Origin: Chrysomallon squamiferum
Taxonomy: Eukaryota; Animalia; Mollusca
DNA length: 64,000 nt
Direction: 5' to 3'
Assembly (NCBI GenBank): GCA_012295275.1
Contig: CM022668.1
Location: 15,562,001-15,626,000 of the forward strand
In this document: one piece after another, positions 30,861 through 61,679 of the stretch
How the letters are laid out: each line of letters begins with the position of its first letter
How positions within the stretch are numbered: position 1 is the stretch's first letter
Position numbers and translations under genes: made by a program
Notes under the pieces: generated by a model
Databases searched by the model: none
Seen by the model: the letters and a program-made list of their open reading frames with translations, nothing else
What the model was told of the DNA's origin: nothing

Positions 30861-31275
30861 ACAGTTACAGTTAACTCATATACGGCAGTTGTGTCTACAT
30901 ATTTAAAAAAAAAAATAGACTGTATATAAATGAACGAACAGAAGCTGTCGATGTATTTAGCAAATTCACAATCTGTCCCTTAGCACGTAAAATAGAAGAC
31001 ATTTTAGAGGCCTCGTAAAGGCTTCTTAGAAAATGAAATTATTAATTCATTATTAATCTTCAGACCCAGCTGGGTAATAAATAGTGATCCAGCAACTGGA
31101 CTGTAGGACGATCTAGAAGCCATATTTGAAGTGATAACAGAAAACGTTACAACGAGTAACGTTTGAATTGTGGGATGTTTCGGGGGCCCTATTGGGTACA
31201 GTATTAATTGAGAATAAAAGTGATATTAATTTTAAGCTATAATAGTATTAGTTCATACCTAAATCCAGCCACAAT

Positions 31276-31360
<85 letters not shown>

Positions 31361-31860
31361 ATTGTAATAGTACTAGTAACAACAATAATATTAACAATAA
31401 AAATAAATTAATGATGACAAAATGTGTTGACAAATGAAATTACTGTTTAGTACACACAGAAAATAATTATTATAAAAAAAAAGTTGAAGGAAAGAGAAAA
31501 AAAAAAAAAACAATAAAATAAAAGAAAAAAAAAAAAGTTCAAAACGGTATTTTTGTTAGCACTAATTGCTGTGTTATCGTTATCGAATATAAGTCGTATC
31601 GTGTAACCAGTTTTGTGACGACTCAAACTCTTAGGAACCATATGGCGCGGACTGTGTGTCAATCCATTGGATACAAATGTAATAAAGTAACAATAAAAAA
31701 CTGACTAGTAATTTCAATACATTTTTCTTTGGTTTACAATATAAAAGAAGAAAAAAAAATAAAATAAAAAGACTACAAAAATGTCTTTAATTCGACAATT
31801 TTCGGAAATTTTCGGTAAAATTACACGACCGAATTGTTTTTAATGGTGTCGTTTAATTAC

Positions 31861-31902
<42 letters not shown>

Positions 31903-32857
31903 TATGACAATAATAATAATATAATAATAATAATTAAATGTTGTCATTAATACGTTTATTTTGTATTTATATCATAACAAAACAGTAGCCGTAATTCAAC
32001 GAAAAAATCCGAAATATGCCGAATGACGCATCTATATACAGCTGAATTTTTAATCAACGAACATATTTTTTTACTTTTGAAACTAAAACATCTTATTTAT
32101 GAGAGACCTTATTCTTTTCACATGCAAAACTTTTTGATCCAACGAAACAAAATCAACAACAAAATAACTACTTAAATAGTTGCAAAATTAATTACGTTTT
32201 TTTGTCATAGAATAAAATTAAATTCGTTTATATAGTTATGGAAGAACAAAATTAATTTATGTTAAATTAATGATTCAAAATGAATTTCCTCTTTTGCTTC
32301 TGGAAGTTTCAAAGGGATGAAATTAAATAAATAATTATTACTCACATGTTTTGAAGTTGTCCCCATTCCATATCTTTTCTATACCTCTGATGATGAAATA
32401 TTGTTTCATTTATTATCTCGAGTTTTCGAGGTAGTCTCCCTTCAATAACTGTCTACATACTCATGCAGAAGGGTTGTTTCCCTTTTCAAATTTTTTTTTA
32501 CATACTTTTGATTATAATGGTAGTCGTAATCTCCCTTGAATACCATTTCAAGGTATTCCATTCTGTGATAATTAATTCGATACATTAATTTTGGAACCGT
32601 GTAATAAAGATTTTTTGGGACCTAAAATAACGAAATTTTAGAAGAAAAAAAGAGTAATATTAATGGCAAGTGTCAGCTTGATGTTTACGACAGTTAAACA
32701 GAGGTAGTATTCTGTTATTGTTTAGACACACAACACAGACACATGTAACAACAACAAAATGTCGCAAACAAAAAAAAAAACAGAAAATAAAATTAAAAGA
32801 ATATGAAAAATCATTCGAAACTAAAACGCGGAAACTGTTCTCTACTAGGAAAATTAA

Positions 32858-32992
32858 AAACTTACACATATTAAAAATAATAATTAATTGTAAATGACGT
32901 CAAACTTACATATATCCAAAAAAAATAATAGTTAATTGTAATGACGTCAAACGTATACATATATTGAAATAAATAATAATAATGACGTCACA
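32858..32992. repeat. ~45-bp tandem repeat, each unit ending in a CRE, in the NR4A 3' UTR
   Basis: AAACTTACA(C/T)ATAT...AATAAT...AATGACGTCA x3, with CREs at 32895, 32942 and 32983. Confidence 0.75.
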
Positions 32993-33154
32993 AGACTAGA
33001 TGAAAACGAGGCAGACGCGGGTGAGACACTTTTTTTTAAGTTTTTTTTTTTTTTTTTTTCTTTTTTTTTTATTTTTTTTTTTAATCCATTGTTTGTTTTT
33101 TGTTTTTTGTTTGTTTTCCTCACGAGACGACTGGAGCACACACCACTGACAGGA

Positions 33155-47358
<14,204 letters not shown>

Positions 47359-47514
47359 TGTTTTGTTGCTGTTCACGCTAGGTGTCGCTGTTATACTGGC
47401 CGAAGCGAGGTCGCCAGTGACCTGCGACGTTAGGTCAAAGGTCGAAGTTGAAACTGGCGTAGTATTTGCGAGGGGTGGAGTTACACGTGGCACGTCAGCG
47501 GGAAGACCTGAAAA

Positions 47515-47577
<63 letters not shown>

Positions 47578-47797
47578 AATCAATCAATAAATAAATAAAA
47601 TAAATAAATAAGAAGCCATTAAAGATAAATGAACCAGTAACAATGTTTTATTTTTTTTTTTTTTTTTTTTTTTTAAATTCCTTTAAGGGATAAATATTAA
47701 TTAATTAATACAAGAGATTATGAGCGGATTTATAGAAATAAATAAAAGAATAAAAGAATAACGATTTATAATGAAAATTATTATTATAACGATGATA

Positions 47798-47833
<36 letters not shown>

Positions 47834-48221
47834 ATCCAAGAATTATTCATTTTCATTAATTGATTAACATCCCGAATGAATCGACAAACGAAAGAATGAT
47901 CGACAAAAAGAGTGAACAAAAACAAAGAAAGAAATGAAATAGCTTAAAAACAACAACAAAAAATACGGCTTTCTGATTGATTCACCATCCAAAGTAACAA
48001 ATCCGTCGATAAATAAAACAACGAATAACAAATAAGAATTAATAATGAATAAACAAATAACCCAATAAATAATTAGAAAATAAAATAATGAATAAATAAA
48101 AAAAACTAACTCATCCTGCTTAATAATTAAATATAAAAAAAAAAAAAAAAATTAATATCCGAATGAATTTTTCACGCTTTTGCGATAGGAATGAATTAAA
48201 ACGCAGTAAGGAACTTAAAAA

Positions 48222-48253
<32 letters not shown>

Positions 48254-48708
48254 ATATATATATATTTAAAAAATCACCCTCCGCCACCTCCCAAAAATAG
48301 GCTACGTTACAAATTTCACAAAATGAATAGGACAATGGATTTTATTTTCCAAAAATCTTTCAGTAGGAAGAAAACTGAAATAAACAGGGCCGAGAATTCC
48401 AAATAACCAAAAGTAAAGATGAGATCGCTGAAAACTAACGCGTCTTTCTGTAACATAAAAATACGACAAGATGTTAAGCGTGCACAGGAAAACGCTTCTG
48501 TATTTGATTTTGAACCCGGCTCTTAAAACAAAACAAAAAAACTAGTTTCCAAAAATCTGCAAAGAAATGTTCAAAAAACAAACCACATCCATAATAGTTC
48601 GCGCAGTTGAAGATTTACATTATTTCAATTCCATGACACTCACAAAGGATACGAAATATTAAATTTTATTTTACTGTTAGCGAAACTGTATATATATCTA
48701 TCTTCTGG

Positions 48709-48740
<32 letters not shown>

Positions 48741-50384
48741 CCGTTCTTTTTTATCTCTGTTTTAAACTGTGACAGCCCTATCAAGATTATTTTTCTGTTC
48801 ACAAAATGTGTGTATAACGAACTGATTGCAAAAGATGGAGTACTCAGAATGAGCTCTCGTGAAACTATCACAAAAAGTTCTAAATTATTATTATTATTAT
48901 TATTTCATGATGAAAAACACAAACCAACTGAATAAAAGAATATATAAAGCAAACACCACGACCAATGCACCTACCTTTAGTGTTCATTGCAGACACCGTA
49001 TCAAATAACAATATATATATTATACTGCAGTGTATTATATATTACAAACGTATATGTTTTCTTACGATTGCGTTCTATTTTTGTTGCTAACGTTTCAGAA
49101 ATAGAATAAAACAAAATTAAAAAAAGTTAGTAATTATATTAATAGGAAAACAAAATTCGGCTGGAGAAGGGAAATACAGAAAAAAAAACCACACTAATAA
49201 ACTGTAATGCTGCAGTGCGTGCAGTAGATGTTGAAGTAGTAGTAGTTGTTGAAGTAGTAGTTGTTGTTGAAGTAGTAATAGTATTGTAGCAGTAGTAACA
49301 CTAGGAAGAAGAAAAAGAGAAAAGGAAAAACAGGAAATCGGAAACAAGGAAATTATTCGGTTGGAATCTAGGATTTGTGGTAGAATAGTAATAGGAGTAG
49401 TAGTAGTTGTAGTAGTAGCAGCAGATGTAGTATGAATACTAGCACAATAGCACTAGCGGTAATAATAATAGTAGTCGCAGGAATAGTAGATATTTTCAAT
49501 TTTAATTTTTTGTTTTGTTTTGTTTTATTTTGCTATTAATATAGTATAATATAATATACAAGTATATTGGTACGTTTAAATATATAATGATAATAATAGT
49601 AATAACAATAATAACGACGACGACAACAACAACTACAGTAATAATAACAATAATGGCCACAGATATAACAATATATAATAATTATGAATTATTTTCATAT
49701 CAACAAATATCAGTTTAACTTAATTAACTTTAGTTTAGTTATGTTTACTAATGTAAACATTTTCACACGTTAAATGAATAACAAATTATCTATCTATCTA
49801 TCTATCTATATATATATATTTACTAATTTAAACATTTTGACAGACAATTTATATGAATAACAAATTATCATCTAAAAATAACCCAAACAGAAATAACCTT
49901 ATATATTAATTTATACAAAAATACTAATAGGATTAGAAAAACAAATTTAATCTGTATTAAGTAATAACTTATTAAAATATATGTATTATAGTATTAATAA
50001 ATAAATATAAAATATTTATCTACGTGGATAAAATATTAAAAGGTTATAAAATAAGCTTGAAAAAGGAATATTAACATAAAAGTAGCAACGCATATATTTT
50101 TCACTTTCAACAAAATAAAATAAAAAATGTTTGCAAGCAGATTAAAAAAAATTATTTTTTAATTTTACGATGATGTTTTTGTTCAAATTCAGTTTTGAAA
50201 AATGCAAAAAAAGTGCAAAAAAAAAGTAAAAATAAACAAAATTAATGGATAAATAAATAAATAAATAATAATAATAATTATTATTACTATTATTATTATT
50301 ATTATTATCGCTTTAATTACTATTATTATTATTATTAATAGTAGTAATAGCAATAACATTATTACTGTTATTATTTTGTTATTA

Positions 50385-50448
<64 letters not shown>

Positions 50449-50990
50449 TAAGAACGAGTTAAACAAAAGTGTTGTCAATTACACTTTCAATAATATTTCC
50501 ATTTTTCTTGTTTAAATTTATTTAGTAAATTTGCGCTATCAAACGACAATTATTACTTCATCAAATTTTATTATATATAAATTTGTTTTAATTTATTTAT
50601 TTATTCATTCATTCATTCATTTTTTATCTATTTTATTTTTCTAATATTACAAAAAAATTCTACAAAACAAGGCTAGTTTTCATGCTGCTTTTTTTTTTTT
50701 TTTTTTCATGCTTGTAAAACACCAGTCACTCATCGATTCAAAGAAATACACCACCGTCGGAAATAAAAATATTTATACATAAATAGACACCATATGTATT
50801 AGCAACATAAGACCCGTGAAACCCAAACAGTGAAGCTATCGATGATATATATATATATATATATATATAAAATAATAATTACAATATTGATAATAAAAGT
50901 TTAAAAAATCATAATATTAATACCTGCAACGTTCGTTAATTTCAATTTCACAAAAAAAAACGTTTACAAGAATTTCTAACAATGTCCTAC

Positions 50991-51110
50991 CTGAAGATTG
51001 CGGTTCGAAAGACGAAATAAGAGTTCTATATTTCATAGTATAGTTTTCAACATCTTAAATAGTCCCAAAAGTGAGAGTATGCAGCGAGAGAGCGTTTAGC
51101 CAATGAGAAA
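50991..51110 (-). other. Candidate upstream or first exon of NR4A, possibly coding (MKYRTLISSFEPQSS)
   Basis: Donor CAG|GTAGG at 50991/50990. The ATG at 51036 gives 46 nt (phase 1) that join in frame to the open exon 47507-47338. CCAAT box at 51100-51104. Confidence 0.5.
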
Positions 51111-51836
51111 CGCCGATACATAAGGCCATGGGGCAGCTCGCTCTTTAGCGCTCAGTAAACCGTGGCGAAAGAAGTTAACGGGTTTCAAATTAATTTCCTA
51201 CACAATGTGGCAAAAGCAACTCAGTTCATTTAATATGCATCTAGCTTCTTGTGCTATAGTTGTTTTGATTCTTTTTTTCTTTCTTTCTTTGTTTTAATTT
51301 TCTTTTTCAGCAGTTTTCTTTAAAAAAAAATTTCCCCGACTTACTCTCATTCTTTGTCTCTTTCTTTCTATTTTTATTTAAAAAAAAAAAAAAAATTTAT
51401 ATATTTTTTCCATCCTTTTTTTATTGCTTGTCTCGTTATTTTTTTTTTTTTATTAATTATTTCTTCTTATTTTTAGTTTATGTTTTTCTTTCTTCGTTTA
51501 CTTGAATATTCTTTCTTTCTTTCTTTCTTTTTTTTATTTATTTATTTATTTATTTATTATTTATAATCTTTCTTTCTTTACTTTTAAATTATTTATTCCA
51601 TTGTTGTTTTCTTTGTTTTTGTTTTATTTAGGTTTTGTTTTTTCCTTCATTCGTTTGTTTAATTTTTCTCTCTTCTTTTTCTTTTCCGTTTTATTACATC
51701 TTTCTTTCTTTCCTTGTTTTTCTTTTCAAAGTTAGTTATTTTATTATGCGAATATTTTTACTGAATTTTTACAGGAAACAAAATTAAAATAGAATAGTCA
51801 GACAGATATTTATGTATGTAAATTAATAATAATAAT

Positions 51837-51874
<38 letters not shown>

Positions 51875-51958
51875 ACAATAATAATAATAATAACAGAAGT
51901 AGTATAGAAGTAATAGTTTTAGTAATGGTAGCATTAGCAGCAGTAAAAGTAGTAGCAC

Positions 51959-52015
<57 letters not shown>

Positions 52016-52346
52016 AAGTAATATCGGGTAATAATAAGTAGTAAAAAGTGAGGTAATCAAATTGCAAAATAAAATAAAATAAAATAAAAGATTATAAAAT
52101 AAAAAGTTTATAACCGTTAATTTTCACATTAAATTTTCTTTAAAGATAATGAATAAGCACTTGTATTCATAAATATTACAGAGTAAGTTTATAATATATG
52201 CAACTGTAAATTTCAATTAGTAACTGAAAAAAAATCCTGTATTTAGGTACATGCGAACTTAGTATGAGAGAGGTCACAATTACCGCAGATTATATTTTGT
52301 TTCAAAGATTGTTAAAATGGCTATATAAGTAACTAGGACATGTAAC

Positions 52347-52500
<154 letters not shown>

Positions 52501-52858
52501 GCACACACATACACAGATACAGTGTTCATAAATAATTCGACTAAGATAAATTTACTATTATCTTAACAGAACTGATAATAGAAATGATAGTAGAAATATT
52601 AGTAATAAAAGTGCTACAGTACTAACAGTAAGATAAAAGAATGTAAATGTAGCAGTAGTACAAGTAATAGTAGATGCAGTAGTAGACGTGACAGTAGTAG
52701 TAGTGGTGGTGGAAGTAGTAGTTGTGCTAATAGTAGTATTAGTGGTACTGAGAATAATGGTAGTAACACCATCATTACTAGTTTAACGTGGTATTTGTTA
52801 TAGTATTTTATTATTATTGTTATTTATTTATGTATTATTATCATTGTTGTTTATTTAT

Positions 52859-52911
<53 letters not shown>

Positions 52912-53937
52912 TATGATATTTATTTATTTATTTATTTACTTACAAACCTACAATAAAAACTAAAAAAAAAAAAAAAAAAATTAACCCCCCCTCCCAATAA
53001 AAAACACACAAAAAAAAACACACACACGGTAAATCTCGCTTAAAATTAAATTCATCTTAAACGATTAACGCGTTGTCACAAATTAAACGACATCCCAGCT
53101 CGGCGAGGTTTTTATTCGTTTCTAATTCACGCTGTCAAACTTGAAACAAGCGGTGACATTTAGACCGAGCCAGGAGACCACTCCGACATAATCGCTTCCA
53201 CTACAAACGCGATCCCTAGCCGGCCGAAATTGCAGCAGGAAAATGCCAAGTGTGAGGCTAACATGCTTAATAACGACAAATATACCGGTTTACTATTAAT
53301 TATTAACGAGATGATTGTGGAAAATTAGTATCCACTTGTCATAAAAACGGTTTGTAATCATTCAAACGGGTCGGGCGCCATTAGTTAGTCAGCGACTTCT
53401 GTCCAATCGTCCGACGTCATTTCCTGTTTTTTTTTTTTTTTTTTTTTTTTTTTATTAATACAAAATCTGCGGTCTCACGTTATAGTTCTAGATTCCGTAT
53501 TTTTTAAATTATTTTTTTTTTGTTTTATTTTTTTTTTTATTTATTTATTTATTTTACTTTGAGATTATAAAAAACTACTGCGTGTATTTTATTTTATTTT
53601 ATTTTATTTTATTTTATTTTATTTTATTTTATTTATTTATCTTTTTATTTATTTTTTTTTTTCTTCAACGAGAATTTAAACATCACAGAATCTGTCTGTA
53701 TCCCTCAAAAAATAAAATAAAATAAATAAAAAAGAAAGAAAAACAAAAAACTGAGATGGAGAGAGACAAAAATATAATTATTATTATTACTGTTATTTAT
53801 CTGTCTGTCTCTCTATCTACCTATCTATCTGTCTGTCTGTCTGTCTGTCTGTCGGTGTGTCTAGCCCTTCTCAATGTATCTTTCCCTGCATCCCTCTTTT
53901 CAAACTCTTTCTCTGAAGCAAAATAACTGTACCCTAC

Positions 53938-54050
53938 CTGCCACCCAGACAGTAATATTTTAATACTTTTATTTTCCAGACATTAGGGGAACACAGCCTC
54001 ACAGCAACGTAACTGATGACGTATGAAATGACGTCACAATAACGTGCACG
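53938..54050 (-). promoter_or_regulatory. Candidate CRE-containing NR4A promoter and short non-coding first exon
   Basis: Full CRE TGACGTCA at 54029-54036 with an adjacent variant TGACGTAT. Inr-like TCAGTT on the minus strand at 54016-54011. Donor CAG|GTAGG at 53938/53937. Confidence 0.4.
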
Positions 54051-54292
54051 CAAAAGAAAAGGTATTAGTCTAAAAACGGAAGAAAAAGAATATATATTCT
54101 TAGATAACGCAGGCCCGCGGGCACGCACACACACGCACACACACGCACGCACAGGTACGCACATGCCGAATAAATCATATATTTTGAAACATTAAATTAT
54201 TAAATTATTTTTATTACGGCTATTTTAAACTAATTTGTATTCAGGAAATTCAGCAGTTTTATTTCTGTACAAATAAAGCGTGTTTATTAATA

Positions 54293-54368
<76 letters not shown>

Positions 54369-54780
54369 TAAAAATAATAATAATATTAATAATAACGATA
54401 ACAATAATAATAATAATATTAATTATTATTAATATTATTATCATCATCATCATTATTATATTATTATTATTATTAAGAATAAAAAGAAGAATATATAATT
54501 TTTAGTTTAGTGCAATATAACATAATGTACTAATATAATATAATATAATATAATATAATACAATTTTATTTCTTATTTAATGCTTCTTTTAAAGGAAAAA
54601 ACTAAACTGAAAAACAATTGCAGCTGTATTTTTGCTATATTATTTTAGATATTATTTCGTTAAATAAATAAATAATAAATAAATAAATAAATGAGTTAAG
54701 ATAAAATAAAGTAAAAAAAAAAATAATAATAATAAAAAATGCGTTATTATTACTACTATTATTCCTAATATTGTTATTCA

Positions 54781-54862
<82 letters not shown>

Positions 54863-55097
54863 GGTGAAATAAATAAATTAAAATATTACTTAACAAAAAC
54901 AAAACTAAATCAGATTAACTGAATAATAATCTTTCGAATAATAACAATACAGTAATATAATATTAATAACAATAAAATAATAATACATACAAGAAGAAGA
55001 AGAAGAAGAAGAAGAAGAAAAACAAAGAAAGGGGAAAAAAGTAGGTACTTACTTGAATGAGGATCTTTCAACATTTCAAATGTAAAACTTATTTTAA

Positions 55098-55133
<36 letters not shown>

Positions 55134-55839
55134 TATTTAAATCTCAGTTCGCTAGACTGCTAATAATCCATCGCTAACGGAACAGGGTGGAAAAGTAAGA
55201 ACGGCGGAACAAACTACGATTACAGTATAGAATTTTGGATTCATTCTGATCACGTACGAAACTAAGATTTTTAGTGATCTTAGTTTGCTAAAAATTCTTT
55301 CCTTTCTGGGTGATTCTGCGACAGTGTTGCAGCAGTACTCTGGTAGATATTTATTCCTCGTTTCTGAATCTACGCATCTAGCTATTGGTGTTTTAACTGA
55401 AGTGTTAAATCCGTAGCAGTTTTTATTTTTTTATTTTCACTTTAATTACTTATTTTATTTTAAATTTATTTATTTATTTATTTATTTATTTTTTCATAGG
55501 TTAAATGATTTACGCACCTCCAAAATAAATAAAAAAAAGAACTCCCTAAAATATTAAAATAAACCAGAAGATATCTTACTAATTCCAAACTAGGAAGGTT
55601 TTGAATTGATTCCTGTTGTAAGAAAAACACAAAAACAAAATGTCCTTACGCTGTTTTGGAAATCGGCTAACAACTGGGAAGATCAGTTGACATCACACTT
55701 TGCAAGTCAATGTCCAGAGTTCACAGTTTTATAAATCTAGCTGTTACATTGCCACGTTGTTACAGAGAGACTGTGCGTATGTCTGTGTGCGTGCGTGCGT
55801 ATGTTCATACGTGCGTGTTTGTATCAGTGGGGAAGGGAG

Positions 55840-56189
<350 letters not shown>

Positions 56190-56729
56190 TTAAAAGGAGG
56201 AAAATAAATTGAAAATAAATCGTTCATATTTCGTAATTTAACGTACATCACTGTAAACTATGGTGACGAAAATGAATCAATTCATTTAAAAACGTACACA
56301 GGGTTTTGCTTCGGAATTCACTCACGAAAATATAATATGTTGATCATGAAACCATTTTACAAAAAGAAGTTAACTAAGAAATCACACCTTTTTTAGAATC
56401 TACGCAAGTGAAGTAATCCTCCGAAATATATGTGGGTATATATATATATATCTAAGAAACAAAGAAATCGTATATTTATTTACTGAGGAAGTATTAGATA
56501 AATAACAGATTTTATATTCAAAACAGATATAAAATTAAGTAAATAAAAATATATATATATATATAAAAAATAAAGCTAGTAATAATAATAATGATGATGA
56601 TAAGAATGATGGTGATGATAATGATAATGATGATCGTAATAATAACATTAACAATAACAATCATAATAATAATAATAGTAGTAGTAGTAAAAATAATAAT
56701 AAAATTAAAATAAAGTAATTTTAATAAGG

Positions 56730-56802
<73 letters not shown>

Positions 56803-57611
56803 TAATAATAATAATTTCTTAATAAAGAAAGAAACAAATAAAGAAATAAAATAAAATAAGCACAATAAAGTAAAACCCCATTAACAATAAGAATAATAAC
56901 TATGTTAAAAAATAAGCAAACACGCAAATACAACACCTATACTAATACAAAAAATTTGAAAAGCGCAAAAACACCGAACGTTTTTTAAAAAAACAAAAAT
57001 TAAAATTACCTCAGTTTTTTTTTTTTTTTAGGGAGTATCCACAAAGACAGTCTTAGGTTAAAACCCTTACAGATAATGGTGAAAATTTCCATGTACAGAA
57101 TGAACACAAAACACAGACATTACTCCATGGGTTATCAACTTTTTTTTCTTTTTTTTTTTTTTTTAAGAACAAAACAAACAGGAACGAGACAAAACTTAGA
57201 TAGCTCTTCACCGGTTAACCATTCAGTTATTGTTGATCCCAGACTTTAGGTTCCTTTTCTATATGTGTGTCTCACTGATTTTATTTAGATCCTTTTGTTT
57301 TTCTTCTTCTCTTTTTTTTTTAAATTATTTTTCGGTCTTTCATTTTTGTTGTTCTTTCTTTCATTCTTTAATATTTTTGTTTGTTCTTTCCATCATTTTT
57401 TTTTAATGTTTTATTTTATTATTTTATTTATTTATTTGTTATCCATTTTTTGTAACGAAAGAAATAAACTTTTCCAAACAAAACTGCTTCATCGGAGTTG
57501 ATCATAACATTATTGTTGTATTTTTGTTTTCGTATACATTTATAACTTTAAAAATATTGTATATACGTACAGACTTACATATATATATATAGATATTACA
57601 TACACCACACT

Positions 57612-57643
<32 letters not shown>

Positions 57644-58430
57644 TAATATATACATATATACATATATATGTGTGTATGTATACGTATACACATATATATA
57701 CAGGTTTTTAAAGTTACATAGACATTTGTTACGAAATTCCAAACACGTAATAATATCCATCAAAGAAAATTGCCCGATGTGTATTAAAGATCCACGTTTT
57801 AGCCTCTCCGTCAAACATATAGAAACCAAAATTTCATGAAAATAATATCTCTTCATTTTAACATATTATATATATATATAAATATATAAAACTACTTTTG
57901 ACTCTAACAGTCTCTCTCCTTCCTGCTTATAACCGAACTACTGGACAAAGGAAAAAATATACGGAAGGTTCTTCATCATACATACATACATACATACATA
58001 TATATATATATACATATATATATGGGGCCAAAATATCGCATGGCGGTTTGACATTCTGTCACCTTTTGAATGTCTGAATACTGCGAACCTAGCCAATATG
58101 GTTTGGCTTGAAAACTCGGCTAAAGATATGCCGAAGCACTTTGCTTTCGATTCGAAATATCACTCTGGCATTTTACTTTCAAACATCCAAGACAAAAACC
58201 GTATAGTTCAAAAACCCGCTATGCCGACATTTTGTTTTCTGTTCTTGACCATTGAGATAATTGTGCAAGAGACCTATTAGCATGAACTCCGTGCTACGTT
58301 TTTCAAAGGTTGAAAGAGCATGTACAATATTTATATTTACAGACGTCGAGTAAAGTTTACCACAAGGGAAAACTTTCTCGAAAAAAAATTATTTGTATGT
58401 TTATGACGAGTCGCTGGTTTAGTATTTAAA

Positions 58431-58478
<48 letters not shown>

Positions 58479-58479
58479 C

Positions 58480-58558
<79 letters not shown>

Positions 58559-58566
58559 CAGACAGA
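58431..58566. repeat. (GATA)n microsatellite
   Basis: Directly visible. Confidence 0.95.
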
Positions 58567-58914
58567 CAAAAAATAAACACACAATAAGAAATACATATCT
58601 AAGAAATAAATCAATACAAAATTAATAAATAAATTAATTAATTAATTTATTGATTAATTAATAATAAAGAAATAATAAAGAAATAAAAACGAAAATAATT
58701 AAACAGGTACATAAATAAATAAATAGATGTAAAATAAGGAAAGAAATAAAGTTTAAAAAAATGAAAATAAAAAGAAAGACAAAACAAATAATTAAATATT
58801 TAATTTAGAGACTGTGTAACGATTAAATTAAATACAATATTTTAATATGCAGTACAGTTCAGAACAAAATATAACATTCTTCCAAAAAATATTCCCGGTA
58901 CGTGTTACACCATG

Positions 58915-59080
58915 TTATGTAACGTAACGAAATATAACGTAACGTAACATAATATAATATAATATAATATAATATAATATAATATAATATAATATAATAT
59001 AATATAATATAATATAATGTAATGTAATGAAATGTAACGTAATATAACATAAGATAACATAATATAGTATAATGTAATAA
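58915..59080. repeat. (AATAT)n/(AACGT)n pentanucleotide microsatellite
   Basis: Directly visible. Confidence 0.9.
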
Positions 59081-59820
59081 AATATGGTATATACAAGAAG
59101 AATTATATCCATATAAAGTTGATAAAATAAACATAAACCCAAAGAAATAAATGCAATAAATATGTAAATGAACTACTTAATTAATTAATTACAAAGGAAA
59201 ATATGAAAATTAGTCATAAATAAACAGTAAATATCTCAAAATGATCTTTGCACAGTCACAAACAAGTTCTTACTTCATCGAAGCTTGGACAAAATGATTC
59301 TGAGCTACGTAAAATTTAAAACTCGTGTTCATCATGAATGGCTCATTTTTAAATTTATTTTTTTAAATTATTTATATATTATTTATATATTCTATAGATA
59401 TGAGTACACTAAATATAATTATATTATATTATGACATTTGACCGTTATTATAATAAATGTATTTTCTGTATAAAAAAAAAAAAAAACGAAAGAGAGAAAC
59501 AGAAATTTATAAATGTATTATACAATAAATATTTGAAAACAAAAATGAAAATAATTGTTAATGTATTAACATTTCTTAAAACTCGTGTTAATGATAATAC
59601 TGATATTATTTTTTCTATTCACGTCATACACTATAAAAGTGTATGTGTAACACGATTTTTAGACGTTATCTTATTTTCATCAGTTTACGAACACGATTAT
59701 TCAGTTCAGTCGGGTTTAGTTTTAAACAACCGGGTTAAGAGATATGCTTTAACAAGACTATCAGACCAATCGATAAATCAAAATGGCGACGAGATCTCGG
59801 ATTTACTTTCTTCTTCTTCT

Positions 59821-60474
<654 letters not shown>

Positions 60475-61518
60475 ATATTTAAAATCCGATATAACGTACA
60501 ACAATTAACGTTACCAGCGACTAAGGCTCCAATTACAAAAATTATCTCAGTACAAAATCGCTAAATAAATGATTTCTTCTTGTCATTAACTGAAACAGTT
60601 TAACATAATGGCCCCTATTATTCGACAGCTATGACGAAAACAAAACAAAACAAAAAAAAAAGAAAGAAAGAAAGAAAGATGCCCGTATGTAAGATAAATT
60701 TCGCAGACGATAGTCTCATTATAAACTTGATTAATCGCTAAATTTTAAGACATTCGGGCTTTAGGCGCACCCTTCCAGCCGTCTGCCGGACACCTGGTCA
60801 AACCACATGACACGCGCGCGCGCCGTTTTAACACCGGCGCATGCGTTCTTCAGCAAATCGCCGGCATCAGTCAAACGAATATAGTTTCCAAGTAATCTAC
60901 AGAACAGTTTTCATAACAGATACACGTTTGTGGTGATAGCGAAACTGACAAAGAAGATTAAAGTTGGAACAGAAATAGATTTATATTTAAATATATATAT
61001 ATATTAATTATCGCCCGCAAATCAGGGGAGACAATTAAATGAGAATCGTGCTGCAGCTTTTAGTAACTGTTGTCACAGTGAGAGTTGACGTGTTGTTGTG
61101 TTAACCCACGGGGCAATCATAGGTTCATTAAATTTAAGAAGCCATTTGAGGTCTCAAGAGAAAAGAATAAATTAATTATCATTTATATTACTGTTATTGT
61201 TATCGCCATTGTTATTATTATCGTTATTATCATTACTATTATTATTGGTGTTCTTGTCCTTATTATTATTATTGCTACTACTACTATTATCTTTATTATT
61301 ATTATTATTATTATCATTACTATTATTATTGTTGTTCTTGTCGTTATTACTACTACTACTACTACTATTATTATTATTATTTCAGTCTGTCTGTATAGAT
61401 ATTTAAATATTTAGATAGCTATCCGTCTATTCCCTTATCTGTCTGTTTATTTATTTACTTTATTTAGTTTGTATAAAATGTATAAAAAATAATAATACAA
61501 AAAAAAAAAAAAAAAAAA

Positions 61519-61563
<45 letters not shown>

Positions 61564-61679
61564 CAAAAGGGAAGAAAGAAAAAAGAAAATAAAAAAAATC
61601 GTGAAAGGCGACATAATCAGCTTTAGTTGTTTGCTCACCTTAGCCTCGTTTTCAATAATAAATGTGATCAAAATGTAAT

